A stretch of DNA of 63,819 nt, filler included. It is 5 parts of 5 records of this genome, joined end to end, with 100 filler letters (N's around TTAATTAATTAA, not from the genome) between each part and the next. Parts side by side here need not be neighbours in the genome. Positions count along the whole stretch, not along the records: positions 1 to 20,393 come from DRR723986_23022; 4 more parts are not named here. One strand, given 5' to 3'. The notes beneath the pieces are model-generated. The model had not been told where the DNA came from. It worked only from the letters and a program-made list of their open reading frames with translations, and ran no database searches. A program made the position numbers and the translations under genes. This document shows, piece by piece, positions 1 through 9,067 of the stretch (positions are counted from its first letter, which is position 1; each line of letters starts with the position of its first letter).

Positions 1-45
1 GCTGTCGAGGATTTCGCGGGCGTGGATGTCAATGATCTCGCTCAT
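1..45 (-). CDS. eno: Enolase, 5' end only (truncated by window edge)
   Basis: Reverse complement of 1-45 translates MSEIIDIHAREILDS, the canonical enolase N-terminus. Not in the ORF track because it is short. Confidence 0.9.
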   Translation of the reverse strand, partial: MSEIIDIHAREILDS

Positions 46-161
46 GGATGTCAGGCTTTCCGTGTTTTATCTGGCCAAAATGCAAGGCGCCCCCTACCCG
101 CTGGCAGGAGGCGCCTGAAGCCTTAGTCGGCTGCGCCAGAAAGCGCAACAGCCGGTAAATG

Positions 162-347
162 CTAGATATCGTCGCGCGGCTCAAGGACCTGGCGGCCGCG
201 ATATTCACCCGACTTCAGGTCGATGTGGTGCGGGCGGCGCAGTTCGCCGGAGTTCGCGTCTTCGATGTAGGTATTCATCGACAGGCGGTCGTGCGCACGG
301 CGCATGCCGCGGCGGGACTTCGATTTCTTACTCTTTGGGACTGCCAT
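162..347 (-). CDS. rpmF: 50S ribosomal protein L32 (Cys-free form)
   Basis: [20 protein letters not shown]...[17 protein letters not shown]; start moved to ATG at 347. Confidence 0.96.
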   Translation of the reverse strand: MAVPKSKKSKSRRGMRRAHDRLSMNTYIEDANSGELRRPHHIDLKSGEYRGRQVLEPRDDI

Positions 348-478
348 GACAGGTATCCGGAGTTGTTGCGCCAGATGGCACATGTGAATTGGAAACGCGC
401 GTCTTACAGAGCCGAATCGGACTTTGCAAGGCTTGAGCGGCATGCGGCCGGGCTTTTCTTCAGCCCGGCCGGTCCGCC

Positions 479-1738
479 CTATTCCGTAGTTTCCTTCGCA
501 GCTTCCGCCTGACGGAGCACACGCATCAGGTTACCGCCCCAAATCTTGGCCAGGTCTTCCTCGGTATAACCTTCCGCAAGCAGGCGCTCGGTGACTTTCG
601 GGAGGAAGGAGACATCTTCCATGCCGGTCACACCGCCGCCGCCGTCCCAGTCCGCACCCATGCCGACATGATCCGGGCCAACCAGTTCGAGTGCGCGGAG
701 CATGTGCTCCATGAACTTCTCGAAGGTCGAGCGCGGAGGTGGGAATTCGGCGTTGATGGCCTGCATCCGCTCCATGTAGCGGGCTTTGGTTTCATCGTCG
801 GCGGTAAACGGGTTCACGCCCTCAAATTCGGACTGGAGTTCCTCGAGCGCGGCGCGCCGCTCCGGCGAATCTTCCAGTTCCTCCAGATAGCCGCTGTAAG
901 CATTGATCTGGATGACGCCGCCCTGCGCCGCGATTTCCTTGAGGAAGTCGTCGGTGATGTTCCGCGGATGGTCGTAGACAGATTTGAGGCCCGTGTGGGT
1001 CAGGATGACCGGTGTCGTGGACAACTCTATCATGTCCTTCACCGATGCGTCGGACGAGTGAGACCCATCGACCACCATGCCCAGGCGGTTTGCTTCGCGA
1101 ACGAGCTCTTTTCCGAGATCTGTCAGGCCCGTGTCATCAGGGCTCGTAAAGTCCGTTGCGCTACCGCCGAACTGGTTGTCGCGGAAGTGGATCAGGCCCA
1201 CCATCCGAACACCCTTGTCGTAGAAAGTCTTCAGATTGGAAGCGTCGAGCATCAGCGGATAGCTGTTCTCGATCGACTGCAGGACCACCTTCTTCCCGGA
1301 GGCCGCAATGCGCTCTGCATCGTCAGCAGTATAGGCCAACTCGAATGCGTCGGGATGATCCGCCACCATTTTCAGGATTTCGTCCTGTCGGGCGGACGCC
1401 GCCTTGAACGCCGCATCATAGGCTTCCTCTGTCAGAGGCCCCTGAGGCGTAAAGATCACCCAAAAACCACCATCCAGGCCGCCGCGATCCATCTTGGGCA
1501 CGTCCACCTGCACAGAACCGATCTCAGTGGGATTGTCCGACATGATGTCGAAATCAGGCTTGGACAGGTTGGCTGGCGTGTCGAGGTGGGAATCGAACAC
1601 CATCAGACTTTCATGAATCTCTGCCGGCGTGGCAGACTCGACGGCTTCGTCCGGCGCGGTCGGTTCGGTTTCAGCGGCTTTCGGGGCACAGGCACCCAAA
1701 AGTGCGATGGCTGACACAGCCAGGAGCATTTTGCGCAT
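479..1738 (-). CDS. Membrane dipeptidase (peptidase M19), lipoprotein
   Basis: Lipobox LLGAC; DSHLDTP, IENSYP, DGSH, HPRN and GADWDGG motifs typical of the M19 family. Confidence 0.9.
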   Translation of the reverse strand: MRKMLLAVSAIALLGACAPKAAETEPTAPDEAVESATPAEIHESLMVFDSHLDTPANLSKPDFDIMSDNPTEIGSVQVDVPKMDRGGLDGGFWVIFTPQGPLTEEAYDAAFKAASARQDEILKMVADHPDAFELAYTADDAERIAASGKKVVLQSIENSYPLMLDASNLKTFYDKGVRMVGLIHFRDNQFGGSATDFTSPDDTGLTDLGKELVREANRLGMVVDGSHSSDASVKDMIELSTTPVILTHTGLKSVYDHPRNITDDFLKEIAAQGGVIQINAYSGYLEELEDSPERRAALEELQSEFEGVNPFTADDETKARYMERMQAINAEFPPPRSTFEKFMEHMLRALELVGPDHVGMGADWDGGGGVTGMEDVSFLPKVTERLLAEGYTEEDLAKIWGGNLMRVLRQAEAAKETTE

Positions 1739-1807
1739 GTGAGTCTTTCCTTCCAATGCTGCGCGAACCGTAGAGGTTCATGACAGCGTGGCAAGAAACC
1801 CAGCAGC

Positions 1808-1836
1808 AGAAAAAGGCCGCTCCCGGGGGAGCGGCT
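1808..1836 (-). terminator. Rho-independent terminator
   Basis: Minus strand AGCCGCTC-CCCCGG-GAGCGGCC-TTTTTCT. Confidence 0.75.
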
Positions 1837-1901
1837 AAGGTTTAGCAAGAAGGACGTCGACCTGATGCCTTTGCAAGCAGCCGAGGCTCCCGGCCGACAT
1901 C
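1808..1901 (-). ncRNA. Candidate structured small RNA or leader ending in a Rho-independent terminator
   Basis: 10-bp stem (1892-1901 with 1853-1862) enclosing two small hairpins, one with a GCAA loop. It is followed by a pyrimidine-rich linker, a GC hairpin and a U-tract. Confidence 0.45.
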
Positions 1902-1998
1902 GATATTTCTAGCGAACTGAGTCTGAACAGGATGGCGGCCCACTTGTTGTCTTCCGTTCACCTTTCAGGCGAGTGATCAACCGGGCATTACAACCAGT

Positions 1999-2739
1999 TC
2001 ACGAATCGGCGTCTGCGCGCGTGAAAATGGCCTCCAAACTCCGCAGGTTCATTCCGTTCTTCAGATAGTTCGCGGGTGTAAGATTGACGGCCTTGATCAT
2101 GCCCCGCTCGATCTTTGTCCGTTTGCCGGACTCGTCCGGAACGAGATCAAAATCGATGATGTTGACGCACCCGGTGTCTTGCTCAAACCCCGCACTGGCG
2201 CCGAGCGGCGCACCAATGACCGACGCGAGCACCATCCGGTTCACGACTTCATGCGCCACAACCAGTGCTGTCGCCCAGCCCGGTCGCATCAGCAGGTCTG
2301 TCAGACCGTCCATGATGCGAACCATCGCGTCGGAGAATTTCTCACCCCCTGGCAGGAACTCTGCGTCGGGCTCTCCTGCCTGCTCGAACAGGAAAGTCAT
2401 CGTCGCCGCAAGATGCTCTGCGGAACTGAAATTGATGTATTGGCCAGACCGCAACTCCTGGAACCGTTCTTCGACTTCCAGTTCGGGTGCATCCGGGTGT
2501 GCCGCCAGCACGATTTCGGCCGTCTGGCGGGTCCGCTTCAAACCGGAACAGATCGCAAGATCAAAATGTACTTCTGACAAGGCGGCTCCCGCCGCCTTTG
2601 CCTCTTCTTCACCCTCAGGAGTAAGGCTGACAATCGACGGGTCGCGCGTCCGGCGGACTTCTTCAGACGTATAATCGACGAAGCCGTGCCGCATCAGATA
2701 GATGCGGCGCCGGCCTGTCGTTCCGGGAAGTGCACTCAT
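1999..2739 (-). CDS. Histidine phosphatase (phosphoglycerate mutase-like) family protein
   Basis: IYLMRHG, CSGLKRTRQTA, LVVAH motifs; ATG at 2739 overlaps the upstream TGA (ATGA). Confidence 0.88.
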   Translation of the reverse strand: MSALPGTTGRRRIYLMRHGFVDYTSEEVRRTRDPSIVSLTPEGEEEAKAAGAALSEVHFDLAICSGLKRTRQTAEIVLAAHPDAPELEVEERFQELRSGQYINFSSAEHLAATMTFLFEQAGEPDAEFLPGGEKFSDAMVRIMDGLTDLLMRPGWATALVVAHEVVNRMVLASVIGAPLGASAGFEQDTGCVNIIDFDLVPDESGKRTKIERGMIKAVNLTPANYLKNGMNLRSLEAIFTRADADS

Positions 2740-3842
2740 CCCCGGGAAACGCCCCAATCCTTCAGGATTTCATCCGTGTGCTCACCAAGCCCGGCCGGAC
2801 GGCGTTGCACTGCGCCGGGCGTTTCGGAGAAACGCGGCGCCGGGGCTGGTTGAACCACGCCTTCGAGTTCAATGAACGTATCGCGATCGGTGTTGTGCTT
2901 GTATTTCGGGGCTTCGGACATGGAGAGAACCGGCGCGAAACAGATGTCGGTACCTTCCATGATTTCGCACCATTCGTCGCGCGTCTTCGTCTTGATGACG
3001 TCCATGACCTTCTTCTTGAGTTCCGGCCATTTGGACTTGTCCATCTGGGCATCGAACGCCGGATCGGTCAGCCCCGCCTTCTCACGCAGGATGGCGTAGA
3101 ATTGCGGCTCGATGGAGCCGAGGGAGATCCACTTGCCATCGGCGCACTCGTACGTGTCGTAGAAATGTGCGCCGCCATCCAGCATGTTGGCTTCGCGGTC
3201 GTCGGTCCAGATGCCCGCAGCCTTCATGCCGTAGAACATCGCCGCGAGCGATGCGGCACCATCCGACATGGCGACGTCGATGACCTGGCCTTTGCCGCCA
3301 TTCTTCACATTGATGATTCCTGCCAGGACCCCCATGGCGAGATAGAGGGCACCGCCGCCGTAATCGCCAACGAGGTTCAGCGGCGGACGTGGACGGCCGT
3401 CCCCATCCCCCATGGCGTGGAGGGCGCCTGTGATGGCGATATAGTTCAGGTCATGGCCGGCGGAGTGGGACAGCGCACCAGTCTGGCCCCAGCCGGTCAT
3501 GCGGCCGTAGACGAGGTTTGGGTTGCGGGCGAGCACGACATCCGGTCCCAGCCCATTACGTTCCATAACCCCCGGACGGTAACCTTCGATCAGGGCGTCG
3601 GCCTGCTTGAGCAGTTTCAGGGCGACTTCAATATCAGCCGGATCCTTGAGGTTGAGACCGATCGAACGGCGGCCGCGGCCCGTAACGTCAGCGGCGCGTC
3701 CCGGCCGGCCATCTCCCGGACGGTCGATTCGAATCACGTCAGCGCCCATGTCTGAAAGAAGCATGCCGCAGAAGGGGCCAGGGCCGATTCCTGCAAACTC
3801 TACAATTTTCACTCCGCTGAGAGGTCCCTGAGCCATCTCCAT
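2736..3842 (-). CDS. CaiB/BaiF family III CoA-transferase, alpha-methylacyl-CoA racemase-like
   Basis: GIGPGPFCGMLLSDMGADV, EGYRPGVMER, GHDLNY, NLVGDYGGG motifs. Confidence 0.92.
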   Translation of the reverse strand: MEMAQGPLSGVKIVEFAGIGPGPFCGMLLSDMGADVIRIDRPGDGRPGRAADVTGRGRRSIGLNLKDPADIEVALKLLKQADALIEGYRPGVMERNGLGPDVVLARNPNLVYGRMTGWGQTGALSHSAGHDLNYIAITGALHAMGDGDGRPRPPLNLVGDYGGGALYLAMGVLAGIINVKNGGKGQVIDVAMSDGAASLAAMFYGMKAAGIWTDDREANMLDGGAHFYDTYECADGKWISLGSIEPQFYAILREKAGLTDPAFDAQMDKSKWPELKKKVMDVIKTKTRDEWCEIMEGTDICFAPVLSMSEAPKYKHNTDRDTFIELEGVVQPAPAPRFSETPGAVQRRPAGLGEHTDEILKDWGVSRG

Positions 3843-3950
3843 ACTCCCTGTCTAAGCCGTAATCTCGGTATTAGCAGATCATTAAGGCGGCGCGCTCCAA
3901 AAGGAAGGGGTACCCCGACGTCGCCTGTCGCGACGGTTCCAGAGTAGCGT

Positions 3951-5201
3951 ATGATTGATCTGTCTTTCCTCGATCCTCCCATAGAGGTCGCCGCCGCAGG
4001 CCCGCGGCTGGAGACGATTCTGACCAGACTTCGGTCTCACGGGATGCGCGCCTACCCGGCCAGCGATCCGATTGATTTCGACGCGACTGAACCCCTTCTC
4101 ATAGATCTGGAAAGCCTGCCGGTCGGCTTGCGTGAGCGCGACATCCGGCTGAGCGACGGCGCAGAGCGGCGACCGCTCGTTCTGCTCACACCAGACGCGC
4201 AGGTTGCCGATGGTCTCGATGCGCTGATTGTCAGCCGGGACAGCGACCTGGACATGCTGCGCCACCGGCTGGCTTCGCTGGTCCGGCGGCAGGCGCGTAC
4301 CGCCGAATTCCGGATTCGCATGGAAACTGCAGAGAAATTTGGCGCCGCCGAGATCACCCCGCCCCCGGAACGGCGCCCGGAGGTTCTGTATCTCGGAGAT
4401 GGCGGCGTTGGCTTCTTCTCATTGCGAGCTGCGCTCAAGGCGCATGATATTCCGGTCACTGCGGCCCTCACACTGCGGACCGCTGCCGATTACCTGAAAT
4501 CCGGACGCTTCGCAGCCCTCCTCGCCGACCTCACCCCCGGCGGCGGCGATGCTGCCAATCATGTCGACTGGAGCCGCGCTGAAGCTTCATTGACCGGCAC
4601 GCCCCTGTTCGTCCTGACCCAACCGGGCGCGGATCTGACAGAAGCCCACCTCGCCGCATTGATGGTCAGCACCGATCTCGTGGAACAGTCTGGCGATGCG
4701 GAGGCGCTCGCTGGGAGAATCTCTCGTGCCATCAGCCATCACGCGGCAAGCGCACCTGTGCTGCCGGCGCAATTGCAAGCAACCCCGTCCGTCGATCCGG
4801 ACACAGGCCTCTTCCACAGGAACTTCATCAAGTCTCACCTTGAACGCCAGATTTCCCTTTCTTCTGAAAGAGGCGAGCCACTCTGTGTCCTGACGATAAA
4901 GCTGGATGAGGAATTCACCCCCTTGCTTCCAGAATTTGCCCGCGTGACGCGCACATGTGTAAGAGACACAGACTGCATTGCCCACTTTGGCAACGGAACG
5001 GTCATCGTGTCCGCGCCTCTGACACCCTATCGGGGCGCCGTACGACTGGCGGAGCGACTCATGAAAGCCTTCGCTCGCAACTCTACGCTTGAAGGCCTGC
5101 GGCTGAGCTGGCGAGTCGTTGAGAAGCGGTCCTACCATACGGCAGGCACCCTCCTGGCCGAGGGACTGTCCGGTCCATACACGCGTGAATACGCCGCCTA
5201 G
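3951..5201 (+). CDS. Degenerate receiver + degenerate GGDEF protein, PopA-like c-di-GMP effector
   Basis: DPDTGLFHR at the GGDEF start; intact RxxD I-site (RDTD) five residues before GNGTV, which replaces GGDEF; two degenerate REC-like segments; adjacent to mfd. Confidence 0.65.
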   Translation: MIDLSFLDPPIEVAAAGPRLETILTRLRSHGMRAYPASDPIDFDATEPLLIDLESLPVGLRERDIRLSDGAERRPLVLLTPDAQVADGLDALIVSRDSDLDMLRHRLASLVRRQARTAEFRIRMETAEKFGAAEITPPPERRPEVLYLGDGGVGFFSLRAALKAHDIPVTAALTLRTAADYLKSGRFAALLADLTPGGGDAANHVDWSRAEASLTGTPLFVLTQPGADLTEAHLAALMVSTDLVEQSGDAEALAGRISRAISHHAASAPVLPAQLQATPSVDPDTGLFHRNFIKSHLERQISLSSERGEPLCVLTIKLDEEFTPLLPEFARVTRTCVRDTDCIAHFGNGTVIVSAPLTPYRGAVRLAERLMKAFARNSTLEGLRLSWRVVEKRSYHTAGTLLAEGLSGPYTREYAA

Positions 5202-8200
5202 GCACCAACCAGGCCCGCGGCTGCTTCCAGTTCCTTGAGGAAAGCCCGGACCCGGCCGAGCCGTGTGGCTGCATCGCCGCCCGTGAATGAATGTACCAGC
5301 TTCGAATCCGGCCGAAGGCGCAAGACATTCGGACGGGAGCGAACAATTTCCATCAGGCGTGCCGGCTCCAGCACAGTATCCTGCCGGAAGGCAAACACAG
5401 CGCCCTTGTCCCCGGCATCGAGCTTTTCGATGCCGAGCGATTTGCACTGAACCTTGATCGCAGTCACTTCAAGCAACTGCTTTGTTGCGTCGGGCAACGG
5501 GCCAAACCGGTCGATCAGTTCCGCGGCAAAGCCTTCCCGTTCCTGGCTCGTCGAGATCTCTGAAAGGCGCCGATAAAGCGACAGACGGATCGACAGGTCT
5601 TCGACATATTCTTCCGGGATCAGAACCGCGACCCCCATATTGATTTGTGGTGACCAGTCGTCGGCCACGTCATCATCTCCCTGTGCACCAGCCTTCAACG
5701 CGTTTACCGCGTCTTCCAGCATGGACTGGTAGAGCTCGACGCCGACCTCACGCACATGACCGGACTGCTGGTCTCCGAGCAGGTTACCCGAGCCGCGCAT
5801 GTCGAGGTCGTGGCTCGCCAACTGGAAACCTGCCCCAAGACTGTCGAGCGATTGAAGCACACGCAGGCGGCGTTCCGCCGTCTCAGTGATGACCTTGTCC
5901 CGTGGCGTGGTGAAATAAGCATAGGCGCGAAGCTTCGACCGGCCGACGCGGCCGCGCAACTGGTAGAGCTGGGCCAGGCCGAACATGTCGGCTCGGTGGA
6001 TGATCAGTGTGTTCGCACGCGGAATATCGAGGCCGCTTTCAACGATCGTCGTCGACAGTAGGACGTCGTACTTGCCCTCATAGAAGGCCGTCATAATGTC
6101 TTCCAGTTCACCCGCGCCCATCTGGCCGTGCGCAACGATGAAGGACACCTCGGGTACGTTCTCCGACAGGAAGCGTTCCAGCTTGTCGAGATCCTGGATG
6201 CGCGGCGCCACGAAGAAGGCCTGTCCACCGCGATATTTTTCCCTCAGGAGCGCTTCGCGAAGTGTGACCGTGTCTTCCTCAGTGATGTAGGTCCGCACGG
6301 AAAGGCGGTCGACAGGCGGCGTTGCGATGATCGAGAGATCACGGATACCCGTGAGCGCCATCTGCAGCGTCCGTGGGATGGGCGTCGCCGACAGCGTCAA
6401 CACGTGAACATCCTCTTTCAGTTCCTTCAGGCGTTCCTTATGCTTCACACCGAAGCGCTGCTCTTCGTCCACGATCAACAGGCCGAGGCGCTTGAACTCA
6501 ATGCCCTTGGCAAGCAGCGCGTGGGTTCCGACAACCACATCCACGTTGCCATCGGTAAGCCCCGCCCGGGTTTCCGAAGCGTCCTTTGCGCTGACGAGCC
6601 GAGACAGGTGACGGACCTTCAGCGGCCAGCCGGCAAAACGCTCTTCAAATGTCTTGAAGTGCTGGCGCGCCAGCAAGGTCGTCGGTGCGATAACCGCCAC
6701 CTGCTTGCCGCTCATCGCCGCGACGAAGGCGGCGCGCAGAGCAACTTCAGTCTTCCCGAAACCGACATCGCCGCAGACCAGACGATCCATAGGCCGGCCT
6801 GAACCAAGATCTCCGAGAACGTCTTCGATGGCATTCAACTGATCGTCTGTTTCTTCATATGGGAAGCGTGCGGCAAACTCTTCATAGATGCCCTGCCCGG
6901 CATTCACCGCATCGGCGCGCTTCAGCTCCCGCGCCGCGGCGATCGCCATCAGCTCCGCTGCCATCTCCAGAATACGTTTCTTGGCTTTGGCCTTGCGGTT
7001 CTGCCATCCTGCGCCACCGAGCCTGTCGAGCTGGCTTTCAGCTTCCTCGGACCCGTAGCGCGAAATCAGGTCGATGTTTTCGACCGGCAGGAAGATCGTG
7101 TCTCCACCCGCATACTCCAGCTGGAGACAGTCGTGCGGTGCACCTGTGACTTCCAGCGTCTTCAGGCCGACATACCGCCCCACTCCATGATCAACGTGAA
7201 CGACGAGATCACCAGTATTCAGAGTAGCAGCATCTGTGATGAAGTTAGCTGTCTTCCGCTTGCGACGCGGTGCGGCCAGGCGGTCTCCCAGAATGTCCGC
7301 TTCTGAAACTATCGCCAGATCACTGGTGACGAATCCTGTTTCCAATGGAATCTCGACAACGGAGGTCTCCGCTTTCCGGGCCGCCTCCAAGGAATGCACC
7401 TGGACGAGGTCTTCAAGACCATGGTCAGCGAGCACATTGATGAGGCGATCTGCAGAACCGGTCGACCACGCGGCGAACACAACGTGACGCCCGGATTTCT
7501 GAAGGTCCTTCGTGTGTGCAATGGTCGCCTCAAAGATATTCTCCTGGCTCATCATCCGCTCGGGCGCGAAGTCTCGGCCACGCCGCACTTCCATGTCGTA
7601 GTGACCAGGGGCAGGTTCGGCAGGATTGAAGCGCGCAACCGCTCGGACACTGAGACCCTGCTCCAGTTCCGCCGGGTCGAGATAGAGTTGATCAGGCGCC
7701 AGCACTTTCGCCGCGCTGGCATCACCGCCACCAGCTTCGAGCCTCGCCTGATAGTAGTCAGCCGCTTGCGCCAGGCGTTCGGCAGCGGCCTCGCCAGAAA
7801 GATGCCCAAAGCCGATCAGTGCGTCTGCGCCGACATAATCGAACAGGGTATCCAGTGACTTGTGGAACAGCGGCAACCAAGCCTCTACCCCCTGACGTCG
7901 GATTGACGCGCGGGCCGCCTCGTACATCGGATCACCGGAGGGCGGTCCGAATACGTCGAGGTACTTCTCGCGGAAGCGGCTCAGCACATCATCATCAAAC
8001 AGGATCTCACTGACCGGCGCAAATGCCACCGACCGTGTATCGCCCGTGGACCGCTGGGTTTCCGTATCGAACGTGCGGATCGTCTCAAGCGTGTCGCCGA
8101 AGAAGTCGAGGCGTAACGGTTCGCCAGCTGTGGGCGGAAAGATATCGATGATCCCACCGCGGATCGCATATTCGCCCTGCTCCCGTACTGTGCTGGCACG

Positions 8201-8659
8201 GACGTAACCGTTCACGAGCAGATATTCGTTCAGCTCCTTCTGGCTGACCGTTTGTCCCGCAATCATAGAGAAGGATGAACGCCGCATCGTTTCAAGCGGC
8301 GGCACGCGCTGAACGATCGACGTCGCCGTCGTCACTACAAGCAGAGGTCCCTGCTCGACCTCATAGCGCGACAGCCGAGCGAGTGCGGCGCACCGGCGCG
8401 CAGCGACGCTCGCTGTTGGGCTTACCCGGTCGTATGGCAGCGTGTCCCAGCCGGGCAGATCTACCTGATCGAGGCGCGGCGCAATGAATTCGGCCAACCG
8501 CCGGGCGGTGGCCGCAGTTTTATCGTCCCGGGTGACATAAATCCCAATTCCGCCACGCGCCTGCAGCGCCGGGATAAAGGCCATCAGGTCCGCGCCAAAT
8601 GGGGCGCCGCCCAGTGCAGCCGGACCACTCAGGGATTTCAGGAGTTCGACAGGTGTCAT
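5198..8659 (-). CDS. mfd: Transcription-repair coupling factor
   Basis: 1153 aa; CarD-like [50 protein letters not shown]-terminus. Confidence 0.98.
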   Translation of the reverse strand: MTPVELLKSLSGPAALGGAPFGADLMAFIPALQARGGIGIYVTRDDKTAATARRLAEFIAPRLDQVDLPGWDTLPYDRVSPTASVAARRCAALARLSRYEVEQGPLLVVTTATSIVQRVPPLETMRRSSFSMIAGQTVSQKELNEYLLVNGYVRASTVREQGEYAIRGGIIDIFPPTAGEPLRLDFFGDTLETIRTFDTETQRSTGDTRSVAFAPVSEILFDDDVLSRFREKYLDVFGPPSGDPMYEAARASIRRQGVEAWLPLFHKSLDTLFDYVGADALIGFGHLSGEAAAERLAQAADYYQARLEAGGGDASAAKVLAPDQLYLDPAELEQGLSVRAVARFNPAEPAPGHYDMEVRRGRDFAPERMMSQENIFEATIAHTKDLQKSGRHVVFAAWSTGSADRLINVLADHGLEDLVQVHSLEAARKAETSVVEIPLETGFVTSDLAIVSEADILGDRLAAPRRKRKTANFITDAATLNTGDLVVHVDHGVGRYVGLKTLEVTGAPHDCLQLEYAGGDTIFLPVENIDLISRYGSEEAESQLDRLGGAGWQNRKAKAKKRILEMAAELMAIAAARELKRADAVNAGQGIYEEFAARFPYEETDDQLNAIEDVLGDLGSGRPMDRLVCGDVGFGKTEVALRAAFVAAMSGKQVAVIAPTTLLARQHFKTFEERFAGWPLKVRHLSRLVSAKDASETRAGLTDGNVDVVVGTHALLAKGIEFKRLGLLIVDEEQRFGVKHKERLKELKEDVHVLTLSATPIPRTLQMALTGIRDLSIIATPPVDRLSVRTYITEEDTVTLREALLREKYRGGQAFFVAPRIQDLDKLERFLSENVPEVSFIVAHGQMGAGELEDIMTAFYEGKYDVLLSTTIVESGLDIPRANTLIIHRADMFGLAQLYQLRGRVGRSKLRAYAYFTTPRDKVITETAERRLRVLQSLDSLGAGFQLASHDLDMRGSGNLLGDQQSGHVREVGVELYQSMLEDAVNALKAGAQGDDDVADDWSPQINMGVAVLIPEEYVEDLSIRLSLYRRLSEISTSQEREGFAAELIDRFGPLPDATKQLLEVTAIKVQCKSLGIEKLDAGDKGAVFAFRQDTVLEPARLMEIVRSRPNVLRLRPDSKLVHSFTGGDAATRLGRVRAFLKELEAAAGLVGA

Positions 8660-8711
8660 GCCAGACCTTCAGACGCAATTAGGCCGTGAGCCCAGTCGCC
8701 GAAGCGTCTGC

Positions 8712-8972
8712 TCAACCGGCCTGCGCGGCGTACTTGAATGCGATCAATTGGTCCAGAACCGGGCTGCGCTGATCGTCGGGAACATCGGCCTGCCCCACCA
8801 GCCAGGCATAAACTTCCCAATCTGGCAGGTTCAAAAGTGCCTCGAACTGGTCAAGCTCGGTTTCATCATAGGTATCAAGGTGTTGATTCGCGAAGCTGCC
8901 CATCAGGAGGTCCATTTCCCGGAATCCACGGCGCCATGCGCGGAATTTCAGTTTGCGGCGGCGGGCATCCAT
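8712..8972 (-). CDS. sdhE: Succinate dehydrogenase flavinylation factor (SdhE/Sdh5)
   Basis: RAWRRGFREMDLLMG motif; usual position between mfd and recG in alphaproteobacteria. Confidence 0.92.
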   Translation of the reverse strand: MDARRRKLKFRAWRRGFREMDLLMGSFANQHLDTYDETELDQFEALLNLPDWEVYAWLVGQADVPDDQRSPVLDQLIAFKYAAQAG

Positions 8973-9067
8973 GGGCGGCTCCTTGATATTGGGAAAGACA
9001 TAAGCCCTTTCCCGCCCGGGTCAAAGCGACGTTGTGCCATCGAAGGGCGCAGCTTAGGTTCGCCGGA

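Noticed and set aside
84..155. Two imperfect hairpins between rpmF and eno as an ncRNA
   Set aside because: They are GC-rich and imperfect with no U-tract, and are adequately explained as rpmF 3' structure or chance.
668..3755. Long antisense ORFs (668-1714, 2730-3755; likewise 25725-26738, 54903-56171, 61933-62985)
   Set aside because: These are shadow ORFs opposite well-supported genes in GC-rich DNA, with no recognisable motifs.
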